DNA of 64,000 bases from Dehalococcoidia bacterium (lineage in GTDB: Bacteria; Chloroflexota; Dehalococcoidia; Plut-88900). The notes beneath the pieces were generated by a model. That model did not search any database. It had not been told where the DNA came from and saw only the letters and a program-made list of their open reading frames with translations. The stretch's first letter is position 1, and every line of letters begins with the position of its first letter. The stretch lies in NCBI GenBank assembly GCA_965197645.1, contig OZ240219.1:1248001-1312000 (forward strand), given 5' to 3'. The translations under genes were made by a program, and so were the position numbers. This document shows, piece after piece, positions 50,672 to 59,515 of the stretch.

Positions 50672-52225
50672 TTACGCTTCGCCGTACTCCTCGCGAAGCT
50701 CCCGCTTGAGCACCTTGCCCAAGGGGTTGCGAGGCAGCGAGTCCACGAATATCACCGACTCCGGCTTCTTGAAGCTGGCCAGGCGGCTTCTCGAGTACTC
50801 GATGATCTCCTCAGCCGAGACTTCGAAGCCATCTTTGCGCACGACTATGGCCCGAACGGCCTCCCCCCACTGACTATCGGCAACCCCGATCACCGCTGCT
50901 TCGTCCACCGAGGGGTGGGAGTGCAGGACGGCCTCGATCTCTTCGGGGGCGATGTTTTCCCCTGCGCGAATGATGATGTCCTTGGCTCTGCCCGCCAGGA
51001 ATATGTACCCGTCTTCGTCCATGTAGCCGAGGTCGCCGGTGTAGAGCCATCCATCCCTCACCGTTTCAGAGGTGGCCTCTTCGGCCTTCCAGTAGCCCTT
51101 CATCACCCGGGGCCCCTGGGCCACAATCTCTCCGACCTCGCCGGGAGGCAGTGGCTCACCGTTGTCGTCGAAGATCATCACCACCGTATCGTCCAGCGCC
51201 CGGCCTATGGACCCCAGCCTCTTCAGCTTGACCTCTCTCTCCTCGGGAGTTCCCTCAATGACGTGGTCCTCGGGGGTCAGCATCGTGATGGTGGAGGCGG
51301 ACTCGGTCTGCCCGAAGGCGTTGATGAAGCGGGTGCCCGGCAGCTCCTCTATCGCCCTGGAGATGACCTCTACGGGCATGGGGGCCGCGCCGTAGGTGAT
51401 TACCTGGAGGCTGCTGAGGTCTCGTTGCTTGAACTCCGGGTGCTCCATTAGGTTCTTGAGCATGGTGGGCACCATCATAGCCCGGTTGACCTTTTCCGTT
51501 TCCACGAGGCTCATCCAGTCCGAGGGTTCGAACTGGCGTTGGATCACCAGGGTCCTGCCGCCGTAGACCGCGGCCAGCACAGCCTGCATGCCGGCTATGT
51601 GGTACAGGGGGACGGTAAGGATGTTCTTCTCTTCCACGTCTGGGTCGGCGGGGGTGACGTTGTTGAGCACGTAGGTGCAGACGTTATCGTGGGTGAGCAT
51701 TACGCCCTTGGGCTGACCCGTTGTGCCGGCGGTGAACATCAATATGGTGGTATCTTCATCGGCGATGTCCGTGAACACCTCTTCCGGGTCGGCACCCGCA
51801 AGGACCGACTGGTATTCGTGCATGCCCTCGGCGGGGCCTTCCAGCGAGATGTAGTTCTTGATGCCTCCCATCTCGCTCTTGACAGAGTTCACAAGATCTA
51901 TGTAGCGCCGGCCCAGCAGCAGTACGCTGGACTCAGAGAAGTTGGCCATGTAGCTGAGCTCGTTGGCCTTGGCCCGGAAATTGAGGGGTACGTAGGTGGC
52001 CCCAAGCTTGGCGGCGGCGAAGTAGGCCTCGATGCACTCGTTGCAGTTGACCTCCAGCATGGCGACCTTGTCGCCTCTGCCCACTCCCATGCCCGCCAGG
52101 GCATTGGCCAGGCGATTGGCCCGATCGGCAACCTCTCCGAAAGTGATCCGTTGCCCCTCGAAGACGATGGCGTCTCTATCGGGACAGATGGCGCTGGAGA
52201 TGGTCAGAAGCTCGGTTGTGTTCAT
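50672..52225 (-). CDS. Long-chain fatty acid-CoA ligase / acyl-CoA synthetase
   Basis: FTAGTTGQPKG, FGQTE, TGDLG, GR.KD.I, PRNPLGKVLK. Confidence 0.94.
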   Translation of the reverse strand: MNTTELLTISSAICPDRDAIVFEGQRITFGEVADRANRLANALAGMGVGRGDKVAMLEVNCNECIEAYFAAAKLGATYVPLNFRAKANELSYMANFSESSVLLLGRRYIDLVNSVKSEMGGIKNYISLEGPAEGMHEYQSVLAGADPEEVFTDIADEDTTILMFTAGTTGQPKGVMLTHDNVCTYVLNNVTPADPDVEEKNILTVPLYHIAGMQAVLAAVYGGRTLVIQRQFEPSDWMSLVETEKVNRAMMVPTMLKNLMEHPEFKQRDLSSLQVITYGAAPMPVEVISRAIEELPGTRFINAFGQTESASTITMLTPEDHVIEGTPEEREVKLKRLGSIGRALDDTVVMIFDDNGEPLPPGEVGEIVAQGPRVMKGYWKAEEATSETVRDGWLYTGDLGYMDEDGYIFLAGRAKDIIIRAGENIAPEEIEAVLHSHPSVDEAAVIGVADSQWGEAVRAIVVRKDGFEVSAEEIIEYSRSRLASFKKPESVIFVDSLPRNPLGKVLKRELREEYGEA

Positions 52226-52271
52226 GGTTTATCCCCCTGTCGAGTGCCTGAGATACGATACTTGATGGTAG

Positions 52272-53006
52272 CTATCTGCCTAGTTGAGCGACAACTAGCT
52301 GGCCGATTAATCGCCGCTCCAGAGAAAGTCCGTCCGCTAGTGTCAAGTCCTCTCCGCTGATAACGGCCTCCTTAGCATAACCCAACGCACGGCGGTCCAT
52401 TGCGGCCAGCTCCCGGGCCAGCTCTTCGCTTCGGTCGAGCAGGTCCTCCGGGGCCACGACCTCATGGACGAGACCGATGTCCAAGGCCCTTCGGGCGTTC
52501 ACCCTTTCGGCGGTGAGCAGCATGGCCGAGGCGGCGGACCGGCCCACCACCCTGGGGAGGGTCTGGCTGCCCCCGGCGGCGGGTATGAATCCCAGCGATG
52601 CCTCGGGCAGCCCGAGCTGAGCGTCTTCGGCGGCTATTCTGAAATCACAGCACAGTGCCAGCTCCAGGCCTGAGCCGAGAGCGAATCCGTGGAGAGCGGC
52701 CATCGTCGGGATGCGTAGGGCCATCAGCTTGCCCCATACGTCGCGCTCCCACCGGACATATCGAGCGATTACCCTGGATGGGGCCGTGCCGAACTCGGTC
52801 AAGTCCGCGCCGGCGCAGAAGGCCCGGTCCCCGGCGCCGCTGATGATCAGGGCCCCTATCGAGGGGTCTTCGGATATGGCGGTTATAGCCTCGTACAGAT
52901 CGTCCCGCATCTGAATATTGTAGGCGTTCAGCACCCGGGGCCGGTTGAGGGTGATGCGAGCTACCGAGTCATCGACTTCGAAGAGTATGGTCTCAAAGCT
53001 CGACAA
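52272..53006 (-). CDS. Enoyl-CoA hydratase/isomerase family protein
   Basis: LNRP..LNA, AFCAGADL, G.GLELAL.CD, PE..LG. Confidence 0.92.
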   Translation of the reverse strand: MSSFETILFEVDDSVARITLNRPRVLNAYNIQMRDDLYEAITAISEDPSIGALIISGAGDRAFCAGADLTEFGTAPSRVIARYVRWERDVWGKLMALRIPTMAALHGFALGSGLELALCCDFRIAAEDAQLGLPEASLGFIPAAGGSQTLPRVVGRSAASAMLLTAERVNARRALDIGLVHEVVAPEDLLDRSEELARELAAMDRRALGYAKEAVISGEDLTLADGLSLERRLIGQLVVAQLGR

Positions 53007-53009
53007 CGG

Positions 53010-53798
53010 CTACTCTCCCTTGAACCGGGGCGCCCTCTTGTTCAAGAAGGCCTGAATTCCCTCGTCCCGGTCGGCGGTGGTCTGGAGGAGCAGCGTGAGG
53101 TCCTGCTCCAGACGGAGTCCCTGGTCCAGGGTCATCTCCATGCCTTTGTTGATCGCCTCGCCGGCGTACCTGAGAGCGATGGGAGCATAGCTCGCGATCC
53201 GTTCCGCCAGCTGCAGAGCCTCCGAGTGAAGCGTGTCTCCAGGAAAAACGTGGTGCACCAGGCCGGTCCTGGCGGCTTCCCGTGCGTCGATTACCTCGCC
53301 TGTCAGTATCATCGAAAGGGCGTGTGCTCGCCCCACCTGTCTGAGCAGACGCTGGGAGCCGCCGTCCCAGGGGATCGATCCGGCTTTGATCTGGTCCAGA
53401 CCCAATCCGGCCGATTCGGCTGCCAGTCGCAAGTCGCAGGCCAGGGCCAGCTCCAACCCCTGACCGATGGCATCGCCGTTGATGACGGCGATGGTCGGAC
53501 ATTCTATAGCGGCGATGTCGTTGGCTACTCTGTGCCTGCCGAGGGTCTCCTGGACCTCGCCGAGAAAGGCGACATCGTTGACCAGGTTCGACAGGTCCAG
53601 GGCAGAGCCGGCACAGAAGGCGGGACCCGAGCCGGTCAGGACCACGACCCTCACCTCTTCGTCGTCCTTGATGGCCTGCACCGCGTCCTTCAGCTCGGTG
53701 ACGGCCCGGGCGTCCAGCCTGTTGCCACAGTCGGGCCGGGCCAGCTTGATCGACGCCACGGGCCCAGTCTTTTCGAAATCGATGGTCTCGTAGTGCAT
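53010..53798 (-). CDS. Enoyl-CoA hydratase/isomerase family protein
   Basis: AFCAG, NGDAIGQGLELALACD, EGIQAFL.KR.P.F.G; start taken at MHYETI. Confidence 0.9.
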   Translation of the reverse strand: MHYETIDFEKTGPVASIKLARPDCGNRLDARAVTELKDAVQAIKDDEEVRVVVLTGSGPAFCAGSALDLSNLVNDVAFLGEVQETLGRHRVANDIAAIECPTIAVINGDAIGQGLELALACDLRLAAESAGLGLDQIKAGSIPWDGGSQRLLRQVGRAHALSMILTGEVIDAREAARTGLVHHVFPGDTLHSEALQLAERIASYAPIALRYAGEAINKGMEMTLDQGLRLEQDLTLLLQTTADRDEGIQAFLNKRAPRFKGE

Positions 53799-53890
53799 AA
53801 CGGGACTACGCAAGAGCTTTGAGGGGACGACCTCCGAGGGTGCGGGTAATGCAGACACCAACCTGTATGCCCAGGCTTTATGCGGAGGCA

Positions 53891-53919
53891 ATCATATTCA
53901 AGGCCCTGGAGGCTGTCAA
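53891..53919 (-). promoter_or_regulatory. Sigma70-type promoter for the crotonase-crotonase-ligase operon
   Basis: TTGACA-N17-TATGAT on the minus strand. Confidence 0.75.
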
Positions 53920-53958
53920 GAAACCGGCCTCGTGCCGTATCGAGATGGAACGGGAGTG

Positions 53959-55200
53959 TCAGGAGGTTACAGCCGGAGCCCTCTCTCGCTTTCGTTGGGC
54001 CACCGCCGCATCGGCTTTCCCGAAGTCCTTCTCGGTGAACTGGTAGAGGCGAGCGCCGCCGAACAGGATGTCCGCGGCCACCTCCCTGGAGGCGTTGCTC
54101 AGCACGTTGCTGGACACGTTGGGGAAGTTGGAATCGAAGTGCGGATAGTCGGTGGAGACGCACATCCGGTCCGCGCCGATGAGCTGGGCTGTTGGCATGA
54201 TCTCAGGCTCGCTGCCTTCCACTGCAGCCCAGCAGTTGCGTCGGAAGTACTCCTTGGGCGTCATGGACAGGTAGGGAGCGTGGGAGTCTCGATAGTTGGC
54301 GTAGTCCCACTCGATGCGGGTCAATAGGCCGGGCACCCAGGAGTTCTGGGCTTCCAGGTAGCCTACCCGAAGGCGGGGATGAAACTCGAAGACGCCGCCG
54401 ATGATCTGGGCCACCATCGCCTGCTGCATCTCGATCCAATGGCTGGTGACGTGACGGTAGAACCGGTTTTCGCCGTACAGCACGTTCATGTGGGAGTACC
54501 AGGCGCCGGTCCCCTCGTGGAAGCCCCAGGCTACGTCCAGCTCCTCGTGGAGACTGTACAGGGCGTCCCAGTAGTTGGAGTGCCAGTAGTGGCCGTTGAC
54601 CAGGTTGGGCCGGATGAAGGATGCCACCGCGCCCAGCTCGTTTACGCACCGCAGCAGCTCTTTGCAGGCCAGGTTGACGTCGTGCATCGGGAGCATGGCG
54701 GCGAACTTCATCTGGTCGGGGCTGTACTGGCAGAAGTCGTAAATCCAGTTGTTATAGGCCTCGCAGAGGGCCAACGAGATCTGGGAGTCCATGCCGTTGC
54801 GAGCCAGGAGGGCCAAACCGCCGGTGGGGAACAGGACGGCGATGTCGATCCCCTCCATCTCCATGGCCATGACCTGGGCCTCTTCGTTGTAGTCCCGATC
54901 GATGGCGAAGTCCATGCGACCGGTCGCCGCCAGCCGGGATGCTGACAGGGTGTTGGTGGGCGAGCCCATTGTCGGCTCTGACTGGTCTCTGAAGACGGCC
55001 CGCTTGCGGTACTGTTGGAGCTCGACGTCCTGGGTAGTGGGGAGCCCGTCTATGACCCACCCGCCGCGCCGGGGTTTGCCGTCGGAGCCTAGAGCAGTGG
55101 TGATCCTGTCCTTGAATCTCGGGTCCAGGTACCTTTCGAAGAGATCGTGGGGCTCCTGGATGTGCATGTCGCAGTCCACGAATCGGAGTCCGTCCTTCAT
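53959..55200 (-). CDS. Amidohydrolase family 2 protein
   Basis: DCDMHIQEP, AYNNW, FHEG, GGVFE.HP.L, TDYPHFD. Confidence 0.92.
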   Translation of the reverse strand: MKDGLRFVDCDMHIQEPHDLFERYLDPRFKDRITTALGSDGKPRRGGWVIDGLPTTQDVELQQYRKRAVFRDQSEPTMGSPTNTLSASRLAATGRMDFAIDRDYNEEAQVMAMEMEGIDIAVLFPTGGLALLARNGMDSQISLALCEAYNNWIYDFCQYSPDQMKFAAMLPMHDVNLACKELLRCVNELGAVASFIRPNLVNGHYWHSNYWDALYSLHEELDVAWGFHEGTGAWYSHMNVLYGENRFYRHVTSHWIEMQQAMVAQIIGGVFEFHPRLRVGYLEAQNSWVPGLLTRIEWDYANYRDSHAPYLSMTPKEYFRRNCWAAVEGSEPEIMPTAQLIGADRMCVSTDYPHFDSNFPNVSSNVLSNASREVAADILFGGARLYQFTEKDFGKADAAVAQRKRERAPAVTS

Positions 55201-55234
55201 AACCTTCCCCTTTCAGCTAGCTCCGCCGAAGCGG

Positions 55235-55933
55235 CTACTCTCCCAGGCTATCGAGGGTCTCTCTCGGGCTCATTGCAATACAGGTGAAAATCGGGGTGTC
55301 TCTCAGCGTGTAGCTGCTGGCATCCGACCCGCGAAGCTCCATGACCAGGTCCAAGAAGTCCGAGGGGCTATCGGTCTCGAAGGCCACCACGAACTCCTGG
55401 TCGTCCAGCCCAAAGGAGTAGGCGGTGTTGATCTTGACCGATGGGTACTTGTGCCCCGTCTGGATGTGGGCGTTCATCATGCCCTGGCGGGAGGCCTGAT
55501 CCAGCTGGTACCAGTTGCGGGTCTTGACGAAGGGATAGACGAAGAAATACTTGGAATCGATTGGCTTGACCTTCTTGCGCTTCCCATCCTGGTCAGCGTG
55601 CTTGTGGTTGTCCAGGTAGACGGAGGACCTAGTCATCGCCAGGTAGGAGTGGGGAGTGTCCAAGTGTTTGCCGAAGCTAGTGGACCGGAGGCGGGTGCTG
55701 AACTGCTGTACCTTCTCTAGGCTCTCCGTAGCTTGCCAGATGAGAAAGTCGGTGTCGGCACGCATGCCGACGGTGCTGTAGGTGCGGATCATCATCAGCT
55801 CTGAGAAACTGTCGAGAAACTCCAGGAACTCCTTCTTGCCTCTGGTTTTCTCGCCTGCCCCCCGATTTCGCCAGAGCTTGTCCAGCTTGTAGAAGCTGTA
55901 CTTGACGAACTGCCGCTTGCCGTTTTCGGTCAT
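55235..55933 (-). CDS. chdC: Coprohaem decarboxylase (chlorite dismutase family)
   Basis: YPFVK...WY.L....R..MM..H...G; YSFGLDDQEF; the distal Arg of true chlorite dismutases appears absent. Confidence 0.85.
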   Translation of the reverse strand: MTENGKRQFVKYSFYKLDKLWRNRGAGEKTRGKKEFLEFLDSFSELMMIRTYSTVGMRADTDFLIWQATESLEKVQQFSTRLRSTSFGKHLDTPHSYLAMTRSSVYLDNHKHADQDGKRKKVKPIDSKYFFVYPFVKTRNWYQLDQASRQGMMNAHIQTGHKYPSVKINTAYSFGLDDQEFVVAFETDSPSDFLDLVMELRGSDASSYTLRDTPIFTCIAMSPRETLDSLGE

Positions 55934-56625
55934 CGCCTCTCCTGGGCCGGCTCGGCCTGCTTGCTCGTCGCCACGGACTGGTAGGCCCTGATGGTGGCAA
56001 GCAGCACCTGGTCCATGAAGTTGTTCAGCTGTTTCCAGATGTCCAGGGCCTGCTCCGGGTTGAGGTCACGACCACGGGTGACGTCCGTCGAGATGGAGTC
56101 CAACGAGTTTCGAAAGAACAGGAAGGCCTCGAGGGCGTCGTCCAGGGACATGCCGAAGTTGGCGGCCTGGATCCCGTACTCCTCGCCGATGGACCGGGCC
56201 TCATCGAGGACGTTGGAGCGACGGCGTCTCCGGGCCAGGTAATCGCTTACGAGGACCAGCATCTGGCGTCCCAGGTTCCGCAGCCGGGACTTCTGCTCTT
56301 CGGGCAGCCGCTCTAGCCAGCGCTCAGGCAGGGGATGGCGGCGATGAAGCCGGCGGCGAATGCGGGTCAGGGCGATGTCACTCAGGTTGGAAAGGCCGTT
56401 GGACTCCGAGAGGCTGCCGCTCCGGCTGGTCAACAGGTACAGGTCCTCTTGGGCGAAACGCCGGTGGCCGCCCGATGTGCGGAAGGAGCGGATGGCGGCC
56501 TTATCGGCCCAGTGGCGAAGGGTGCTCTCGTTCACGCCGAGGAGCTTGCTGGCCTTGCCGATGGAGACCCACGTCGTGGGCTGGACCTCTACGGCGCCGT
56601 TGTCATCGGAATCGGGCATTGGCAT
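55930..56625 (-). CDS. MerR/excisionase-like HTH protein with a C-terminal helical (RsbRD_N/globin-like) domain
   Basis: AS.LLGV..STLR.WAD......RT.GGHRRF; C-terminal G.EYG....GMSL..A..AF.FFR; ATGA overlap with chdC. Confidence 0.85.
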   Translation of the reverse strand: MPMPDSDDNGAVEVQPTTWVSIGKASKLLGVNESTLRHWADKAAIRSFRTSGGHRRFAQEDLYLLTSRSGSLSESNGLSNLSDIALTRIRRRLHRRHPLPERWLERLPEEQKSRLRNLGRQMLVLVSDYLARRRRRSNVLDEARSIGEEYGIQAANFGMSLDDALEAFLFFRNSLDSISTDVTRGRDLNPEQALDIWKQLNNFMDQVLLATIRAYQSVATSKQAEPAQERR

Positions 56626-56636
56626 CCAAGAAACTG

Positions 56637-56689
56637 TAGATTTACCTAGATTTCACGGCCATTGTAGCGGCTTGGGTATGGGGAGTCAA
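56637..56689 (-). promoter_or_regulatory. Sigma70 promoter with tandem direct repeats at the start site
   Basis: TTGACT-N17-TACAAT (56689-56661), then AAATCTA twice at 10-bp spacing (56647-56653, 56637-56643). Confidence 0.7.
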
Positions 56690-56803
56690 ACGGGGGGTGC
56701 GATGCTACGTTTCGGTTGAGTTTTGCCATAGGCTGGGGTATTGTCAAACTTAGGTGAAAGGTAGCATAGACGGCTGACTTTACCATACAGCAAAGGAGAG
56801 CGC

Positions 56804-57172
56804 ATGAGAATCAGATGGGCCATCGTACTGGCTGTAGTACTGATCCCGCTTGGCTCGACCCTCGCTTGTGAGGAGCCTAAAGCAGCGACTCCGCCGCTGA
56901 GAACATCAGTGGTGGCAATCTACCAGGCGTATCAAGAAAACGAGGCCCGGGCCAACGCCACCTATAAGAACCAGGACCTGCGCCTCAGCTTCCGGGTGGA
57001 CGAGATCGAGGATAAGTACGTGGTCCAAGAGTTGGATGGGTTTCTTACACAGGCGGAGCTGGAGTTCGATCAGGAGGACCTAGTCGAGTTCAACGTCGGC
57101 GATGTGAGCAGCGCCACCTGCAGGCTCAGAGGACTGGACCTGGACATCTGGCTCCGCTTTGACTGCCGATAG
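56804..57172 (+). CDS. Putative OB-fold lipoprotein (tRNA_anti-like)
   Basis: AAGGAG RBS, signal peptide ending TLAC, Y.ENE..AN..YK motif. Confidence 0.7.
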   Translation: MRIRWAIVLAVVLIPLGSTLACEEPKAATPPLRTSVVAIYQAYQENEARANATYKNQDLRLSFRVDEIEDKYVVQELDGFLTQAELEFDQEDLVEFNVGDVSSATCRLRGLDLDIWLRFDCR

Positions 57173-57374
57173 GAGACACCCTTTGAGATTAACACCCGAG
57201 CAGATCGACGATTTGAACAAAGACGGACCAGGGGAAACCAAGGTCAAGATTACCGGCATCGACGTGTCGGTCGGTGATCTCACGATGCTTTTGGTCAAAT
57301 TCGTACCGGCGCTGATTCTGGCCAGCATCGTTCTAGCGATTCCAATTGCGGTCATCGTTGCCTTGCTGGCCTAG
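57159..57374 (+). CDS. Small membrane protein
   Basis: 71 aa; KITGIDVS.GD....LVK followed by a hydrophobic helix; overlaps the upstream stop. Confidence 0.6.
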   Translation: MTADRRHPLRLTPEQIDDLNKDGPGETKVKITGIDVSVGDLTMLLVKFVPALILASIVLAIPIAVIVALLA

Positions 57375-57389
57375 TAAAGGAGGCCCCCT

Positions 57390-57617
57390 GTGGCGGATAT
57401 TTCGGAGCCCATGTACTACGTCAACTTGTACAGTGCCCGTTACGGCACCATCCATGAGGAGGGCTGCCCGCATGAGCACTTCGACCCGACTAACCCGAGT
57501 AACTGGCTAGGCAAGTACGCCACTCGCGGGGCGGCTATCGACGCCGTGTTAGCCCTAGGCCGCCGGCCGTGGGAGAGCAGGTGCTGTATCAAGAACCGCA
57601 CGAATGACGAGGACTAA
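57390..57617 (+). CDS. Small His/Cys-containing hypothetical protein
   Basis: AAGGAGG RBS, GTG start; YYVN..H..GC..WLG.Y..CC pattern. Confidence 0.65.
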   Translation: MADISEPMYYVNLYSARYGTIHEEGCPHEHFDPTNPSNWLGKYATRGAAIDAVLALGRRPWESRCCIKNRTNDED

Positions 57618-57638
57618 CCCAAACCAGCAAGGAGGGAA

Positions 57639-58007
57639 GTGATGGAATTAGCCAGCAACATCGCCACCATAGTCGCCCCAACGATTGCCCTTATCGCGGT
57701 GATTGTGGGCGGTTTGTTGTGGAGAGGGGAAAGGTCCAAACGCAAAAAGCAGATTCTAGAAACTTTGGAGATGTTGGGCAAGATGCGTGAAGAGAACGAA
57801 TCCATCATTCTCAAGCTCAATAATCCAAAGGTACCACCGGCTCTGATGCCGCAACTTGCTATGTCCATACGGTTGCAATATCTCATCAACCTCTTATTGA
57901 TCCATTTCGTCCACTCACATATGCCGCCCAGCCCGTTGCCTAGATGGCTCAGTACACTAGACCCCCTACCTAACATCATCGTGGAACAGAGTGAACAGGT
58001 GTCATAA
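57639..58007 (+). CDS. Hypothetical protein with an N-terminal TM helix
   Basis: AAGGAGG RBS; visibly more AT-rich than the flanks. Confidence 0.6.
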   Translation: MMELASNIATIVAPTIALIAVIVGGLLWRGERSKRKKQILETLEMLGKMREENESIILKLNNPKVPPALMPQLAMSIRLQYLINLLLIHFVHSHMPPSPLPRWLSTLDPLPNIIVEQSEQVS

Positions 58008-58056
58008 CAGTCTCGCTGAAACACCGTAGCGCCAGCCTTAGCTAAGGCACACCACC

Positions 58057-58161
58057 TCACCCCACTGCCCTCTCCATCACCGCCTTTATGAAGTCGGACT
58101 TGGCCATGGCGTACCCCTCCGGTACGTAGCGATACTTCCTCGTCAGTCCCTTCACCGTCAA
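58057..58161 (-). pseudogene. 3' remnant of a GrpB-family gene
   Basis: VKGLTRKYRYVPEGYAMAKSDFIKAVMERAVG* matches the GrpB C-terminal K..L...Y......Y..AK..FI..V...A pattern; no upstream part present. Confidence 0.5.
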
Positions 58162-58230
58162 GTGTCCGCGTTGCGTATTCCTGCCGCCGTGCCTTACAAT
58201 CCGACCAACATCTCGGAAAGGCCCGCCTCC

Positions 58231-59010
58231 ATGGAGCTGATCGACTACTCGCTCCTCGATATCCAACCCGTTCTGGACATCATGTTCCACCCCAGGCCCG
58301 ACTGGCGGCCCCCTCCACGCGGCGCTTCCGACCATCGATTCCCAGCACCCGACGGCACCAATCTCGCCGGACGCCTCTACGCCTACGACCCTGCTTCGCC
58401 CTCCATCCTCTTCTTTCACGGCAACGGCGAGGTTGCCAGCGACTATGACACCGCCGCCCACCTCTACAACGAGATCGGCACCAACCTCTTCGTCGCCGAC
58501 TTCCGGGGCTACGGCCAAAGCGAAGGCACCCCCACCGTAGCCAGCATGGTCTCGGACAGCCACGCCGTTCTGGACGGTTTCACCAACCTGCTCCAGGAGA
58601 ACGGCTCCACCGGCCCTCTCTTCGTTATGGGACGGTCGTTGGGCGCATACTCCGCCGTCGAGTTGGCGGCGCGGCACCCGACGCGCATCAAAGGGCTCAT
58701 CGCCGAGAGCGGCACGGCCAGCATCGGCCGGGCCCTGAGCTGGTTCGGGCTGGAGGGCGATCCGGCCGTCCAGGAGCTAGCGGCGAAGCACGAGGAGAAG
58801 GTCGGCAACATCACCATACCTCTGCTTATCCTTCACGGCGCCACCGACAATCTGGTCCCCATCTCTCTGGCGGAGGAGCTGTACGAATCGGTAAGCAGCG
58901 CCGATAAGCGATTCGTGAAAATCCCTGGAGCGGGCCACAACGACATCATGATCGTCGGGCTTCGACAGTACTTCACTGCTATTCGAGACTTCATCGCCGA
59001 TAACGGATAG
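58231..59010 (+). CDS. Alpha/beta hydrolase
   Basis: FFHGNGE, DFRGYG.S.G.P, GRSLG, HG..D..VP, GAGHND; start taken at MELIDY. Confidence 0.92.
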   Translation: MELIDYSLLDIQPVLDIMFHPRPDWRPPPRGASDHRFPAPDGTNLAGRLYAYDPASPSILFFHGNGEVASDYDTAAHLYNEIGTNLFVADFRGYGQSEGTPTVASMVSDSHAVLDGFTNLLQENGSTGPLFVMGRSLGAYSAVELAARHPTRIKGLIAESGTASIGRALSWFGLEGDPAVQELAAKHEEKVGNITIPLLILHGATDNLVPISLAEELYESVSSADKRFVKIPGAGHNDIMIVGLRQYFTAIRDFIADNG

Positions 59011-59029
59011 ACCTTCATAGGAGGAGCGC

Positions 59030-59500
59030 ATGGGCATCGAGAACATGGCCATCCTGGACCGCCGCCGCATAGAAGCAGAGGTGCTCGGCCCCATGATCAG
59101 GGCCTTTCAGCAGGAGTTCGGCGAGGCCAAGACCAACGAGATCGCTCGAAAAGTGATCGTGGGGATAGCGCGCGAGCAGGGCAGGCAGATGGCCGAGGAG
59201 CTGGATGCCGACGACCTGCGGGCCTTCGAAGAAGCTTCCGAGCCCTGGGCCCGAGGCGATGCCTTCGATACGGAAGAGCTGGAGAAGTCCCCCAACAGCT
59301 ACGCCTACAACGTGACCCGCTGCCGCTACGCAGAGATGTACAAGGAGATGGGCATCGCCGACCTGGGATTCATCCTGTCCTGCAACCGGGACTTTTCTCA
59401 CTCGGAGGGCTTCAGCAAGAAGATCAAGCTGACCCGCACCCAGACCATCATGCAGGGCGCATCCCACTGCGACTTCCGCTACGCCCGGGCGGAGGAATAG
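59030..59500 (+). CDS. L-2-amino-thiazoline-4-carboxylic acid hydrolase family protein
   Basis: VTRCRYAEMY, LG..LSC.RD, RTQTIMQGASHCDFRY. Confidence 0.88.
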   Translation: MGIENMAILDRRRIEAEVLGPMIRAFQQEFGEAKTNEIARKVIVGIAREQGRQMAEELDADDLRAFEEASEPWARGDAFDTEELEKSPNSYAYNVTRCRYAEMYKEMGIADLGFILSCNRDFSHSEGFSKKIKLTRTQTIMQGASHCDFRYARAEE

Positions 59501-59515
59501 TCCGCCGTTACCTCC

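Noticed and set aside
55235-55933. Chlorite dismutase (chlorate respiration)
   Set aside because: The catalytic distal Arg appears absent and no signal peptide is present; motifs fit coprohaem decarboxylase
55930-56625. Prophage excisionase or CarH photoreceptor
   Set aside because: No integrase or att context, a large C-terminal domain, and no cobalamin-binding motif
58001-58052. Integron attC-like site (stop codon within CATAAC, GCTGAA..CTTAGC)
   Set aside because: No GTTRRRY end, wrong spacer length, no similar sites after the other small genes and no integrase
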